Below, one piece after another: positions 41,801 to 54,320 of a stretch of DNA of 64,000 nt. This DNA is from Camelus ferus (taxonomy: Eukaryota). The stretch lies in contig NC_045696.1 in the NCBI RefSeq assembly GCF_009834535.1, positions 27,592,001 through 27,656,000 of the forward strand, in the 5' to 3' direction. The stretch's first letter is position 1. Every line of letters starts with the position of its first letter. Under the pieces are notes generated by a model. It was not told the origin of the DNA, made no database searches, and saw only the letters and a program-made list of their open reading frames with translations. The position numbers and the translations under genes were made by a program.

Positions 41801-42100
41801 AATTGAGATTCTGATCAGAAAGAACTGAAAAATCTGCAATCCTGCTGAGGTGATATAAGAATTAGACATATTTATTAATTTATCATAAAAAAGTCATTAT
41901 TTAAAAAAATTATAAATTAATTTCAATTTGACTTAAAATTACATCCTTAACATAACAAGTATTTATTTATAGCAAATAGTATCAATTGCCAATATTTTTA
42001 ATCTCTACTTAGAAATATTATTTGAAGTTATACTTTTTTGCATGGACACAGGAAGCACAGCTTTAGAAATATGACCTTCAAGAGTTTTTAAATGGTATAG

Positions 42101-43398
42101 TGATAAAATAAAAATTGATATTTTAAGGCAAGAAAGAAAAATTAAACATAAAAACTTTCTCTGCCCATTTGGGCCTCCTGCCTCCCCTCCAGTGTGCACT
42201 GTACATCTTGCCTTATGCATTAACCAGACGTCCCCAAGGGCAGAAATACCTGCTAAACCATAAAGATCAATTTTTCTTCTGCTGGCGCCAGCCAAGTAAC
42301 TCCTTAGAAGATAACGTTCCTTTCTCCATCCTGTAAGGGGTCGCGACGACCCACCACTTGCCTGTATGTGCAGACATCTTTGGTGAATTCTGTGTACAAT
42401 GCCAATATATCATTTCTCTTAAAGATAGCGACTGGTGTGGAACAGACTGGTCAGATGAACTGGGGAGATACTGGGCCTCACCTAATGGAGGTTCTTCGTT
42501 TAAATACTTACTTATGGCCTTATTAATGTTACTAGCTACATTACTTGTATTCTGGCTATTTTACAGGATGATTGTTTCTTGCATTCCCAAATGTGTCACT
42601 GAATCTCAGATAAAACTAATGATGATCAGGTGACCTGAAATGATTGACCAAAATGCACAGTACTCTAAAATCAATGATTGTAATAAAACTCTAGGCACAG
42701 GAAGAAGCAAGGAAAGGGCATCATTTCCTCGCCCATAACAGAGTTGTAAGACAGATGGTCCAGATGCTTTTGGCTACTGTTAATAGGGCCTAGTCCAGTA
42801 ACAGCACGTAGAGTGGTCTATCTACGAAACCCTCGCCTGACCTGGGAAAGAGCTTTCCTAGGGCCATGGGACAAATTGGTCATGAAATGCTTTTGCAACC
42901 TTGGTTAAAATTAAGACCAAAAGGGAAGGGATTGAAAACTAGAGTGTGGCCACCATCCAGCTCTATAAAAATCAAGACATTAGCCAGTGCAGACGTTGAC
43001 CTACAGGACATCCTGAAAGGGACCCAGAAGGAAGACCAGGATGAGGCACTTTGTGCTCTGGGAAAACTGCCGGAACTTCAGATAGTTAGATATTTCCAGG
43101 AGAAATGTTTTATGAACCTGGATTCTTGCATCTTCCCATCCTTAGATAAGCACTAAAACCATTAACTAAGATACCTGTTTCTCATGACTAGCAGCAACCT
43201 TCTACTGAGATGTGCGCTCGATTGCACGTGTTCCCTTCTCCAAAATCACAGATATGCTGACCTCTCCCTTTATTTCTTCACAGCAGTTCTCAGAGCTCTC
43301 TGAGAGACTGTCTCCTGGATGAAAATCTTCAGTTTGGCTTGAATAAACTTTCCATTTCTTCTTAGATTGACTATCCATTATTTTTTTTAAAATCCACA
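42101..43398 (+). mobile_element. ERV1-class LTR element, 1298 bp, TG...CA with 4-bp TSD; contains env-like remnant, PPT and inner LTR
   Basis: TSD ATAG at 42097-42100 and 43399-43402; PPT aaaagggaaggga at 42919-42931 with TG at 42933; AATAAA at 43342-43347; GC content above the flanks. Confidence 0.8.
42358..42633 (+). pseudogene. env: Internally deleted retroviral env-like reading frame
   Basis: YWASPNG (SU-like motif) joined to hydrophobic LLMALLMLLATLLVFWLFY and tail ...ESQIKLMMIR; lies upstream of the PPT/LTR where env ends; annotated start is TTG, not ATG. Confidence 0.55.
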
Positions 43399-44299
43399 AT
43401 AGTATTAACAAAAGCATAAACACAAGTATTTTAGTAAAACCTTCTAAATTCAACATCCTGTTAATTGTATATTTAAACGAAGTGAGCACTTAAATCATCG
43501 GTATAACATAATTCAACAACTGTTTAGAATTAAACTCTATTTCTTTATTTATCTAATTTCAGTGATTCTGAACACTTCTTTCTTAAAGTATTTACCCTGA
43601 TATGGTCTTTGCAAGGTATTTAATCCACAAAAATTTCGAAGTACTAATATACATCTAATATACATCACTGGAACATGTTGAGTCATGCAGATTTAATTTA
43701 TGTTGTTTGGGCATAAGTTAAGTTTTAGCTTCATGTGGCTTCAAGAGTGAGATCTGATCCAAGATTCAGTTTAAAGTTCTGAAGGACAAGATTTGGCAGT
43801 GTGGAAACAAAAAAACATTTTCAGACAAGGTTTCACAAATGAGATCAAAGCAAGAGGAGAAGGAAGAGTTTTCTCTGGTTGTTAAGACTGTAATAAGATA
43901 GTGATAAACTTTTGAAGGCTGTGAGAGAGACTTAGAGGCTTTGTGTAAATAGCACTAAAACATTGGATAGCACCTTTTTCTTGATTCAGAGAATGATAAG
44001 GATTCTACTTTTGTAGCTAGGAAATAGGAAAATATGATAATTTTTATCATATAGAGGTAGCCAAGAGAAACTGTGCTTAGCCAAATGCTAAGAAAGTGTG
44101 TATAAAGATAAAAATTAATATCTTACGTAGTTTAGACTCAGGAAATAACTTCATCATTTTAAGTTTCAGCAAATTGATTAATTAATAGTGTATGTAGTCT
44201 ATCATCCCTATAACCAAGGGCATGTCTTTGATTTTAACTAACTTGATGAAAAAGAAAACTTTCATAACTTCTATATGCATTAGGAACATATTCATTATT

Positions 44300-44410
44300 A
44301 AAAGATATCTCGTAAGAGCATATTTTCGGCCAGCTAACATGCTAGACACTGGGAGTACAAAGATCAACAGAATCACTCTGTAGCTTTTAAGCATCTCAGT
44401 TAGGTAATTA
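44300..44410 (-). mobile_element. L2 3' end fragment
   Basis: catgctagacactgggagtacaaagatcaacagaatcactctgtagcttttaagcatctca. Confidence 0.55.
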
Positions 44411-45390
44411 ACTAATGGATTTGCTGTTTTGTAAGTTATGACGTGCAACTTTATCCAGGTCCAAAGGGCAATGATTTCACACCCTATGAAATTATTCAAA
44501 AGCTTTCTAGTAACAAAGAACCAAAGGTAGTAATACTTATGTGTGCAGCCTGATTGGGTGGTGACCACATGGCTGTTCTGTAGGATGAAATTTTTATTCA
44601 ATTCAAAATGCCCTTGGTGTTTTCTTTCAGTGCATGCCACTAAGAAAATTAAACTCCTCTAGAAAGCATCAAATTGCCTAAAAGAAAATTAATTTGCTCT
44701 CTGGATCTTAATAGTGAAATTTAATGGCACTATCTGCTGAATTTTTCAAATACTCTGAAGTGATGTGGCTTTTGAGATTCCTAAGTAGGGCTCTGGTCTC
44801 TTCTCAATCCAACAGGAGAGCTTATTGCAAGGCATAAATAAGTCTCAAAACACTTTACATATATATTGCCAAAGATTAAATATTATTAGGCTCATTTTAA
44901 GATGAAAGGCAAAAACCCAAATAGATTGATAAAGGAAAAGACATACACTAAGTTAAAAAGTGGATCAGTGTTTATGGTTTACTCTATCAACTTAATGGAT
45001 AAACTTGAAATGTGTTAAAGTAGAACTTTCAAGTAACAGTTTGATAGATAACAGCTCTTTTCAGAGTTTTAACAATTTTAATAGTCTGCTTATAACTTAT
45101 ATGGAAATACAGATGTGAACATCAAATTCTAAATTATATTTAGGAATTCATGTCTTTTTAAAATAACTAAACATTTGCATCATGCATGTGCAATTATAGT
45201 AACATCAACTGATTATTACTAGAGTACATATTTTACATTTCTGCTATTGTGCAAGAAGAGAATTGGGCTGAGTTTCCATAAAAGCTTGACAAATTTGTAC
45301 AGAGCATGTCACACTATTGTAAGAATGGCTTAGAAAAGATAGGCTGCTGAAGCTGCTGATGGAAATAATTGTTCCTTACACAGCTTTACT

Positions 45391-45422
45391 TGCAGATTGC
45401 AGGGTCTCCACTAGAGGGAGAG
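45391..45422 (+). promoter_or_regulatory. CTCF core motif with upstream TGCAG module
   Basis: TGCAG-N12-CCACTAGAGGGAGA; core matches CCASYAGRKGG with A in place of the following C. Confidence 0.55.
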
Positions 45423-47859
45423 TGTTAGGAAATGCAGTGACATTTTTCTATACACTGGTTAAAAAAAAAAAAAAGTGGAAATATCATTTCCATGGAATCA
45501 GGCTTTCCCCTTTCCTTACTAATATACATTTGTAAGTGGAGAAAAACAGTCTTCTATTTTTCTATTCACATATATCAAAAACATATCTAATCTAAGAGTA
45601 AATTCATAGGCAACCATTAACAATGTTTTGTAATCCTGAACATTAAAGAGCTTCTTGAAATCTTTTCTTTTTTTCTACTTTTCATAGGAACATTTTGGGA
45701 ACTAGTGTTCAAACATATTTCTTACAGATTTCTAAGAATTTAAGAAGAAATGTGCTGAATAATTCACTTAAATCATTGAACATGTTGATGTCTACCTTTA
45801 ATAATCTCTGCAGCTGCTAGTAACGTTCGTTACATTAGAAATTATAAAGATAATCATATAGAGTTACTGTATATTAACATTCATTGAAAAGTAGAGTTAA
45901 TTATCTTAAGGACCAGAAGAGTTGATGTGTATAAAGGCGTAGAAGGAATTCCAGGCATTTGTCTGGGTCAGAAATCAGTCAGAAACACAATTATTTTTAC
46001 AAAAATTGAAAAATGGGATAGTTAATTTTTAAAAGGCAGTAGAAATATTTCTGTTAATTTTAAGCATAAGTCTTTCACTTTAGAAATTATGTTTCAATGT
46101 ACACCTAAAATGCATTGATATAATATAAATAGGTACTTTAAAATTGTTAAAAAATTTCATTATACAGAGGCAGGTTTTTAAAATGTTAATGATGTGTTAC
46201 TAAAATAGAGTGACTCAAACCAATTCTTCTTTTACTCAAGTTAAGTGACATGAATTACTTGAGCATATTCCTTCCTCTTTCCCTCCCTCTAGTTCTTCCC
46301 TCCCACCTTTCTTTTCTTTCCTTGTTTCACTTCGCTAATGATTAAGCAGAAATGGATGCTAAAGTATGATTTTTCAAATTTGAATGACTAATGACAAAAA
46401 TAGGGATATATAAAGGGAAATTTTTATAGAAAATCGTGTTTTTTGTTAGAGAAAAAAAAAGTGTAATAAAGAGAGTTTAAGTAACCCAACTCATTTTAAT
46501 CCAGCCCAGACAGTATAGATAACTGTGTTTATCAAGGGTTGAAATACTGCTGAAACTCGTCTTTCTAAAGACTTGTTAATTAAGTGGACATTTTTGTGAT
46601 TTCCTGGTACCAAGGGTATCCCCATTTACATATGTTTAAAACGTATTTACTGTGATTGTTGGTGGGAGTTCAACGATTTTGGAAAGGAAAAAGGTTCTTT
46701 CTGTTGCCTTCTGTCATGGTGAACAATAGCATCACAATACTAAACTCAACTAGTGTTCATGACTGTTGTGTTCAATTTCACACTAAATTTCGTCTTTTTC
46801 TCATGGGGCAAGACTTTAATTCTGCTGGTTATTGGATATGGGAAAACACTCTGTCACTATAATTCTCCTATGTGATCCATGTGTAACAGAATGACTTTTA
46901 AATTGATTTCAAATTATTCATTATAAACATCCACTATCTCGTTAAATTGAATGGGATTAATTTTTCTCATAAAAATTATTCAGAACTCAGGCTACTGTCT
47001 TAGGGCCATATTGGACTACAACTTTGGTCAGAGAAAATATCAGAATGTAGAATGACTTAAAGCAAGCTCATTTTACCTAATAAGCCATGTAGAAGTTAAA
47101 TTGTAGTTCTTTGAGTTCATATTTTTGAAAATACACAAATTCTTACAAACGTAAAAATAATAGAAGTTTAAATTGTGTATTCTGGATTGCTAGATTTAAT
47201 TACTTTTTAAATAAACACAGTGAGCACATTATAAAGAGGGTCACAGGAAAGGTAAGATACATGCCTTTAATTCCAATGAACTTGATTTACTTAACAAAAG
47301 GGTCTTTCTTTGGCCATCAGCAAAACACTCAGTATTCTGAGAAAGGTTAGTGATATTTAATGGTTGTAAATTTTATCTTCATTCTTTTGTAGAGAAAAAT
47401 TATTTGGTTTATTATTAATTATAACCAGTTGTTAATGAAAACTAATCATATTGCAGGCTTCTTATTTTGAGGAATGCTTATGATGGAAAACTCATATTTT
47501 GCTTACCTTAGATTAATGTTTATGTATTTGTAATGATATATTTTACTCACTCAATAAACTTAGAACAAAAATGAGAAGTCAATTTGGCAAGATCATCTGG
47601 GAAAAATCAGAAAGAAATAATTTAATATATAATTGGATATAAACTATAGTATGACTAATATATTTTCCAAAATAAAATTCACTTTTAGGGAAGTTGATTT
47701 TATTTTTTAATATACTTAGTTACTTTTATAAAACAAAAACTATATTAATTACCAGTTAGCAAAAGAGGACATATATCCCAGTGAAGACTCTAAACCTCAT
47801 CTAAATTCAGTTTTTAAATTTTCCCACGAAATGTTACTTAAATTATACACTCAGTGCTT

Positions 47860-49320
47860 ATCCATATAGAAAATTCAATCAATAGAAAAAATTATAAAAC
47901 AAAGTTGTCACTGAACATTTCCAATCCCAGTGGTCACCACTGTTAACAGTAGATGACATTAGATAACATTATCTTACTTTTATTATCTCTCTAAATAAAT
48001 GACACTTTCCATGTTAATGAATAAAAATGTATATCATCCTTTCCAATAGCTGACTAATCTATTTCACAGATATATTATTATTTATTTAATTGGGTTCTTA
48101 CTCATGGAAATTGAGTTTGTCTAAACCATTTTGTAACTATTATAAACAGTATTCCAAAGAACAGTATTGTACAAGTTTTTTGCACTGAGTTATAATCTTG
48201 TTGAGATTAAACTCTAGAAATGAAATTTGCTGAATCAAAGGAAGCATACACTTAAAAAATTGATAATTACTATTAGTCTATTCTCTTTAAAAAGTCTCTA
48301 ATTCATACTCTCAGTAACAGTCACATTCTCAACAAGATTCATGCTTTAAGTCATCATAGAATTTGTCAATCCAGAAGATAAATGTATTGATTATTTTTAT
48401 TCATATTTCTTGATTGTAAAGAAAGATGAGTGCATTAGTATATGGTTTTTAGACAATGTTATTTCTTCTTTTATGAATTTTCTTGCAAATCTTCTATTTT
48501 TCTGTTGGCATTATATATTCTTTTATTAACCAATTTATAAGTGTTCTTTGCATATTAGGAGAAATAAAAGTTTGCTAGATACCTTGCAGTTTTTTTAATG
48601 AATTTATTTTATTTTTTGGTAATTCAATCCAGTTAATCTTTCTCCTTATTGTTTTTGGCTAACATATCATAATTAGAAAGATTTTTATAACCGAAATATT
48701 TTTTAAAAGACATTAACTATTATTCCACTAATTTCATTGTCTTGGATATTAACTTTGTAGGGGGGATACATAAGAAATGAGGAAGTTATTCCAGTATAAT
48801 TTTTATTCCCCAAATAACAGGATAGGTTAGAAGTTAAAAGTATAGGCTTTGGATTCTGACTTGCCTTCATTCAAATCTTATTTCTTCCACTCATTATGCC
48901 TGTAATTTTGAGACTAAACTCTTTGTATCTTTATTCTCTTAACTGTAAAATGGGGCTGGTGATTATATTACCTAGTTCACATGGTTGTTGAGATGGCTGA
49001 ATGAAGCACAGTGATGGACCCATTGTAACCACTCAATAAATGATGGTTCCAGTTATTAGTACTGTAGATAACGCCATTCGTTTAACAGAAACACCTTTCC
49101 TCATGATTCATAACCTAAGTTTAACATATATAAAATGCTAATTTGTAATTCATTTTATTTCTGGTCCGTCTATGTTTTATCTTTCTCTTTGTTACAAGAG
49201 GAATAACACATAGTTTTAATAACTATATTTTTATGCTGATTTAGATTTCTGAAAGATCAGAAGCATCTTTACTCTTTTTAAGAAATTATCTGTAGACTTG
49301 CCACATTATATTCTAGATAA
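47860..49320 (-). mobile_element. Old L1 (L1ME-like) antisense remnant interrupted by MIR
   Basis: accactgttaacagt...actattataaacagtattcc...ctagaaatgaaatttgctgaatcaaagg...atttcttcttttatgaatt. Confidence 0.65.
48825..49050 (+). mobile_element. MIR SINE
   Basis: gttaaaagtataggctttggattctgacttgcc...ttcaaatc...ctgtaaaatgggg...cactcaataaatg. Confidence 0.75.
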
Positions 49321-49349
49321 AATAATGCTGTCATATCTTTACATACATA

Positions 49350-50935
49350 TAATCACTAAATGTATGTTTAGTGAATGCTCACTATGTACCAGACAATAGT
49401 CTAGGTCTGTGTCCATCGACAGATGAATGGATAAAGAAGATGTGATATATATCCACAATGGAATATTACTCAGCCATTAAAAAAGAATGAAATTATGTCA
49501 TTTGCAGCAACATGGATGGACCTAGAGATTATAATATTAAGTGAAGAAAGTCAGATAGAAAAAGACAAATTATTTGTTATCACTTATATGTGGAATCTAC
49601 AAAAAAGTACAAATTTTATTCATAAACCAGAAACAGATTCATGAACATAGAAAACAAACTATGGTTACCTAACAGGAAAAGGGGAAGGGATAAATTAGTA
49701 GTCCAGGATTAACACATACACACTACTATACATAAAATAGATAAGCAGTGAGGACCTACTGTATAGCACAGAGAACTATATTCTACTTCTTGTAATAAAC
49801 TATAATGGAAAAATCTGAAAATATATGTATATATCCATGTATGTATATGTATAACTGAATTGCTTTGCCGTATCCTGGAGCTGACATTGTAAATCAACTA
49901 TAATTCAATAAAAATAAAATTTAAAAAAGGATGTATCAATAAAAAAATTGTAAATTATTTAGAAAATAAACAAGGTTTGGGAAGTAGGCAAGTAAGCAAA
50001 ACAGACAATGATTTCTACTTTTATGAATCTCAAATTCTGGTATGGGAGACAAAAATTAAAAAATAAAAAATATATGTACAGTGTTATACAGTGATAAGGA
50101 ATATGAAAAAAGTAAATTAGGGAAGTAGTTTAATTAGATCACACTTAGTGGGTCACATTTCAGCCAACACCTGACAAACCTAAGGGAACAAACCATGTGA
50201 GTTTGTGAGAAGAGCATTCTGGGCAAAGGGACTTGAAGTGCTGAGGTTCTCAGTGGGGAGCATTTCTGGAGTGTTTGAAGGACACTAGGAATTTCATGTG
50301 ACTCAACCTGAGTGAATGAGGGAAAGAATAATATTAGAAGAGGTCAGATAAACATCCTGCCAGTCCCATAGGGTGAGTAAGCTGAGAAGCCATGGCAGAG
50401 ATTTGGGCAAAGAAGTGACCTAACCTGACTTAGCATGAAAGAAGTTAACTTGTTTGCTGGGCTGCGAATAAACTGCAGGGAGGCAAATCTGGGTAAAGGG
50501 AAAACAACTGAAAGGTAACTGCAATGACTTATGTGAGAGACGACGATGACTTGGATTAATGTGGCAGAGATGGAAAAAGTATTGAAATTCTTAATACACA
50601 AATTTGAAAAAAAGTGTTTTTAGATTGGATGTTGAGAGTAAGGATGAGATTGGAGTCAAAGATAATTTCAAAGATTTTGTCCTGAGCACCAGAAGGAATG
50701 GGTTACCATTTTCTGAGATAGGGGAACACTTAGGAGAGCAGGGTTGTTGGGGATTGGAAATTCAAAGGTATTTTTTGTTTGTTTTTGTTTTTTTTTTAAA
50801 CTGGAAATTTAATTTTGAGAAGTCCTTTAGACATCCAAGTGGAGATGTTGACTATGCAGTGGGATATACTGGACTGGAGATGTCTGGAGTAGAGACAGTG
50901 AAATTGGAAACTGCAAGATACAGGTGTTATTTAAG
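49350..50935 (-). mobile_element. L2 (antisense) interrupted by an L1
   Basis: tttagtgaatgctcactatgtaccagac...aagagcattctgggcaaaggga...ggagtcaaagataatttcaaagattttgtcctgagcacc...tttagacatccaagtggagatgttg. Confidence 0.85.
49408..49930 (+). mobile_element. 5'-truncated L1 3' end
   Basis: tgtccatcgacagatgaatggataaagaagatgtg...caacatggatggacctagagatt...attgtaaatcaactataattcaataaaaataaaa. Confidence 0.95.
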
Positions 50936-52149
50936 GAATTTTGGTATTGTTTCTTTTACTATTTGAATAAATGAAATTTTATTTCTGAAATACTATAGCA
51001 TTTTGCAAATATCTTATATCATGAATTTGATCCAATCCCATTTTGACCTTCCTATCTTGAATTCCTTCTGTTTTAAAAGCCCTTAATATTACTGGTATCC
51101 CACAATTAAGGAGTACTTGGTATATGCTAGGGATAGTGAAGTTGAGACAATTATGAAAATTAAAAAAACTAAATTTGGATGTGGAAGTTAGTAATGGAGA
51201 AGCAGAAATCAATAATCAGTGCCTTTTTAGCACAACTGAAACCCAAAGTGAATCATTTTTAATACCCTACTCCACAATATGACAAAACTATTTTGCCGTA
51301 ACCATAAAAATCAGTAGTCACTATTATTTTTTGATTCATTCTTTAGCTGTCAAACAACATTTAATGATTAAAAAGAACTAATTTCAAAATTAAGAAGCTA
51401 ATCAAATTCAGTGAAATATTTCATACATAAACTAAAATGATCAAATATATTGCACTTTAATCTCTTGCTGTTTTAAAATTTAGACACATACATACACACA
51501 CACACACACCCCCAAATTCCAAAGGGTCACATAGATTGAGAATAGAAGTAATTCAAGCTCTGTTTCATTGCCTTTAAAGTCAATATAATCCCAACGGTTA
51601 TTCTAAACCTATGTTTTAATGCAAGATTATGTGATACCACAGGGTACAGAGACTTAATCTTCATGCAAAGTGAGCCTGAATGATTCTGAACCTTGAGAAT
51701 TTTCTCTGGAAATGAACTCGTGTGACTCTGAGTCCACATGTGCCAATGATGGACTGTACGACTTGGAAGTTCTCTGAATTAATTTTCATATAAAACATGC
51801 TATTCATTCAAATATAGGTAATACATATATGCTTTATTTGAATGTTTTATTAAAACTTGATGGTAAGCACAATTATTTACCTTACACCAACAAAAACATT
51901 CTTAGAGGAAAAATATTAGAATTGACAACACATGAAAATAAAAACAAATAATAATTTACTAGTAGCTTTATCATTGTTTCAAAATTTTCTAGACAATGTA
52001 TCCCCTTATTTTCTGCCCACAGGGCAGGTAGTCTTACTATTGTGCCCTTAGTAAACTGCTCTCAAGGATAATATACCTTGTTCTATTTCGGGTAGTTGTC
52101 TTTATGACAGTGCCACCAAATGAAATACCGACTATAGAAATTGAGAGAG

Positions 52150-52220
52150 TTAATGCAATCTACATTTTCAACAAGCTCCCCAGAAGAATCCTATGCACAA
52201 TGAAGGCTTGAGACCCCCTG
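52150..52220. mobile_element. MER5A-like fragment
   Basis: aatctacattttcaacaagctccccagaagaatcctatgcacaatgaaggcttgagaccccctg. Confidence 0.55.
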
Positions 52221-52294
52221 GACTCGAGTGGACAGAGAACAAGAAGGCAGAGAAGGAAGGTTCCGAGAGGCATGAGGAGAGCTAGAAGATTCTT

Positions 52295-52618
52295 AAAGGA
52301 AATACACTCCCCTGCCCCACTGAACTTTGGCTTGACCATCTGATTTGTTTTGGTGAACAAATGTAAATGGAAGTGAGATGGGTCACTTCTGGGTAGCAGC
52401 TTTAAAGGCAAGACGTATGTCACCAAATTCTTTTTCCTCTGCCATGGTGACTGGTAACGCAATGCAGAGAGGCTGCTCCACCAGCCTGGGTCCTGAAGTG
52501 TGATGATGTAGAGAAGAACCAGCTTATGTAACTGAAGACTAAACAACCCTGTTGCAGGCTACAGAGACTTGGGGTTGTTTATTACTGCATCATAACCCAA
52601 CACTTTCTGACTGATATA
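52295..52618 (+). mobile_element. MaLR LTR (MLT1J-like)
   Basis: tacactcccctgccccactga...ggaagtgagatgggtcacttctgggtag...gaggctgctccaccagcctgggtcctga...ggggttgtttattactgcatcataacc...ctgactgatata. Confidence 0.8.
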
Positions 52619-53849
52619 AATTACTTTAAGAAGGATGGAGAAAAAATTAATATGCAGAATGAAGTTCAAATAAGGTAAAAAAGATAGAAGAATGTCTAAT
52701 GAGTTTGTCAGTGAGAAGGTCAATGGTGCATTAGCAAGAGCAGTTTCAGAAGAGTGATGGGAGTATAAGTCAGGAAGATTAATTATCCTGCAAATCATCA
52801 GTACTCCATGGACATTCTTTGATATGCAAACAGAAAAGAACCTCCAGGTCTCATCTTGTTCATCGCACATGGCAGTTCAAATTAGAAGTGTATGAATTTA
52901 GATCATCAAGCTACATCTTCCCAAGAAAATCAAAAGATAATGATATTGCCAGGAGCATTACTTGAAGTGCTCAAGCACAATCAGCTTTTATTTTTTATCA
53001 ACTTTATGAAAAATCCTTAGTTTTACATAGTAATGTTCTTTAAATAAATTTTTACCTCAGAATTTGTTAACCCATGAATCTGATTTTGAGGAAGGGGCAG
53101 AGGAGGGATTCCAATATGAAGAAACAACGAACTGGATTGACAAAGCGTTCCTTGAGATGCAAAATTCACTCAAGTAATCTTTAGGGTGATCCTTTCCTCT
53201 TGTTTATTCAATGTCTAACTACTCAATTTAGTACTCATTACATTGTGATTTCTGGCCTGGAATTTTGTGAAATCTGTCTGAAATTATTCTTAGTGCATCT
53301 AAGTGTGAAAAATTAACTGAACACAAGGTCCATGATAAATACTGTCTCTTAGAGAGTGGCTCAAGTATTAAAAATAATCAAATATTCTTATTTTGAACCT
53401 GATACAATTCCAGATTTTAATTTTGCCCATAACCATGGTGCCAGGACCCAACAAACATCTTTAACAGGAAAAACATTTTATTAACAGCAGGGAGAAGAGT
53501 TGAGAGCTTATTCCAGTAATCAAAGAGAGACGTAATGATGGCTTAGATTAGCGAGCACCAGAAGTAGTAAGTGGTTGGATTATGCATGTATTTTGAAGGA
53601 AAAGCCACATTATTTTTCAACACATAGGATGTGAAAGGGAGAGAGGAGGACAGAGAAAGACACATACATGCACACAGAGTGAAGAATAAATTCATTTTTT
53701 TGGTTATGGTTTTGGTTTTTGATTTGTTTATTTTGTTCTTCTTCTGAGCAACTGGAAGACAATTCATTTAATGAGTTGAGAAAGATATTCTATAATCGCT
53801 TCCCAATCTATGGATTCATACATATGTACACGCACACGCATATGTTTCA

Positions 53850-54320
53850 TTTTTTATACTAATTGTGGAATATAAAAACCATGTTCTGGATCATGCTTTT
53901 TTTTTTTTTCCTTTCCTCCTTAAGTGTATCTTGGAATTTTCCTCTAGATATAGCCTGTAGATAAAGGTATCTCAATCTTTTTATGGCTGCAAAGACTTAG
54001 GCATAAACTTTAGATATAATTTATATATTTACCACATTTTATCCAGTAGGTTTTTTTTAATCCAGTAGTTTTAACTATTTATCTTAACTGTACATTTTAG
54101 ATTTGTTTACAGTTTTTACTAATACAAAAAATGCTATCGTGGACATTTATTCATAAATATCTTTGCACGCATAGAGAAAGCATCTGAATCAGAAATCAGA
54201 AATTCTAGGTCAAGCTATGTTCATGTTAAATTTGGGTAAACATTGCAATTTGACTTTAATTTACACTCCAAGAAGCGATGTGAAAGATCCCATTTTCTCA
54301 CGCTTTTATCAAGATGCCAT
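53850..54320 (-). mobile_element. Old L1 (L1ME-like) antisense remnant
   Basis: catttagatttgtttacagtttttactaatacaaaaaatgctat...tttaatttacactccaagaagcgatgtgaaag. Confidence 0.55.

Noticed and set aside
44182..44640. Longest ORF in the track (152 aa, minus strand)
   Set aside because: Overlaps an L2 3' fragment, has AT-driven composition, no recognisable domain and no convincing splice context.
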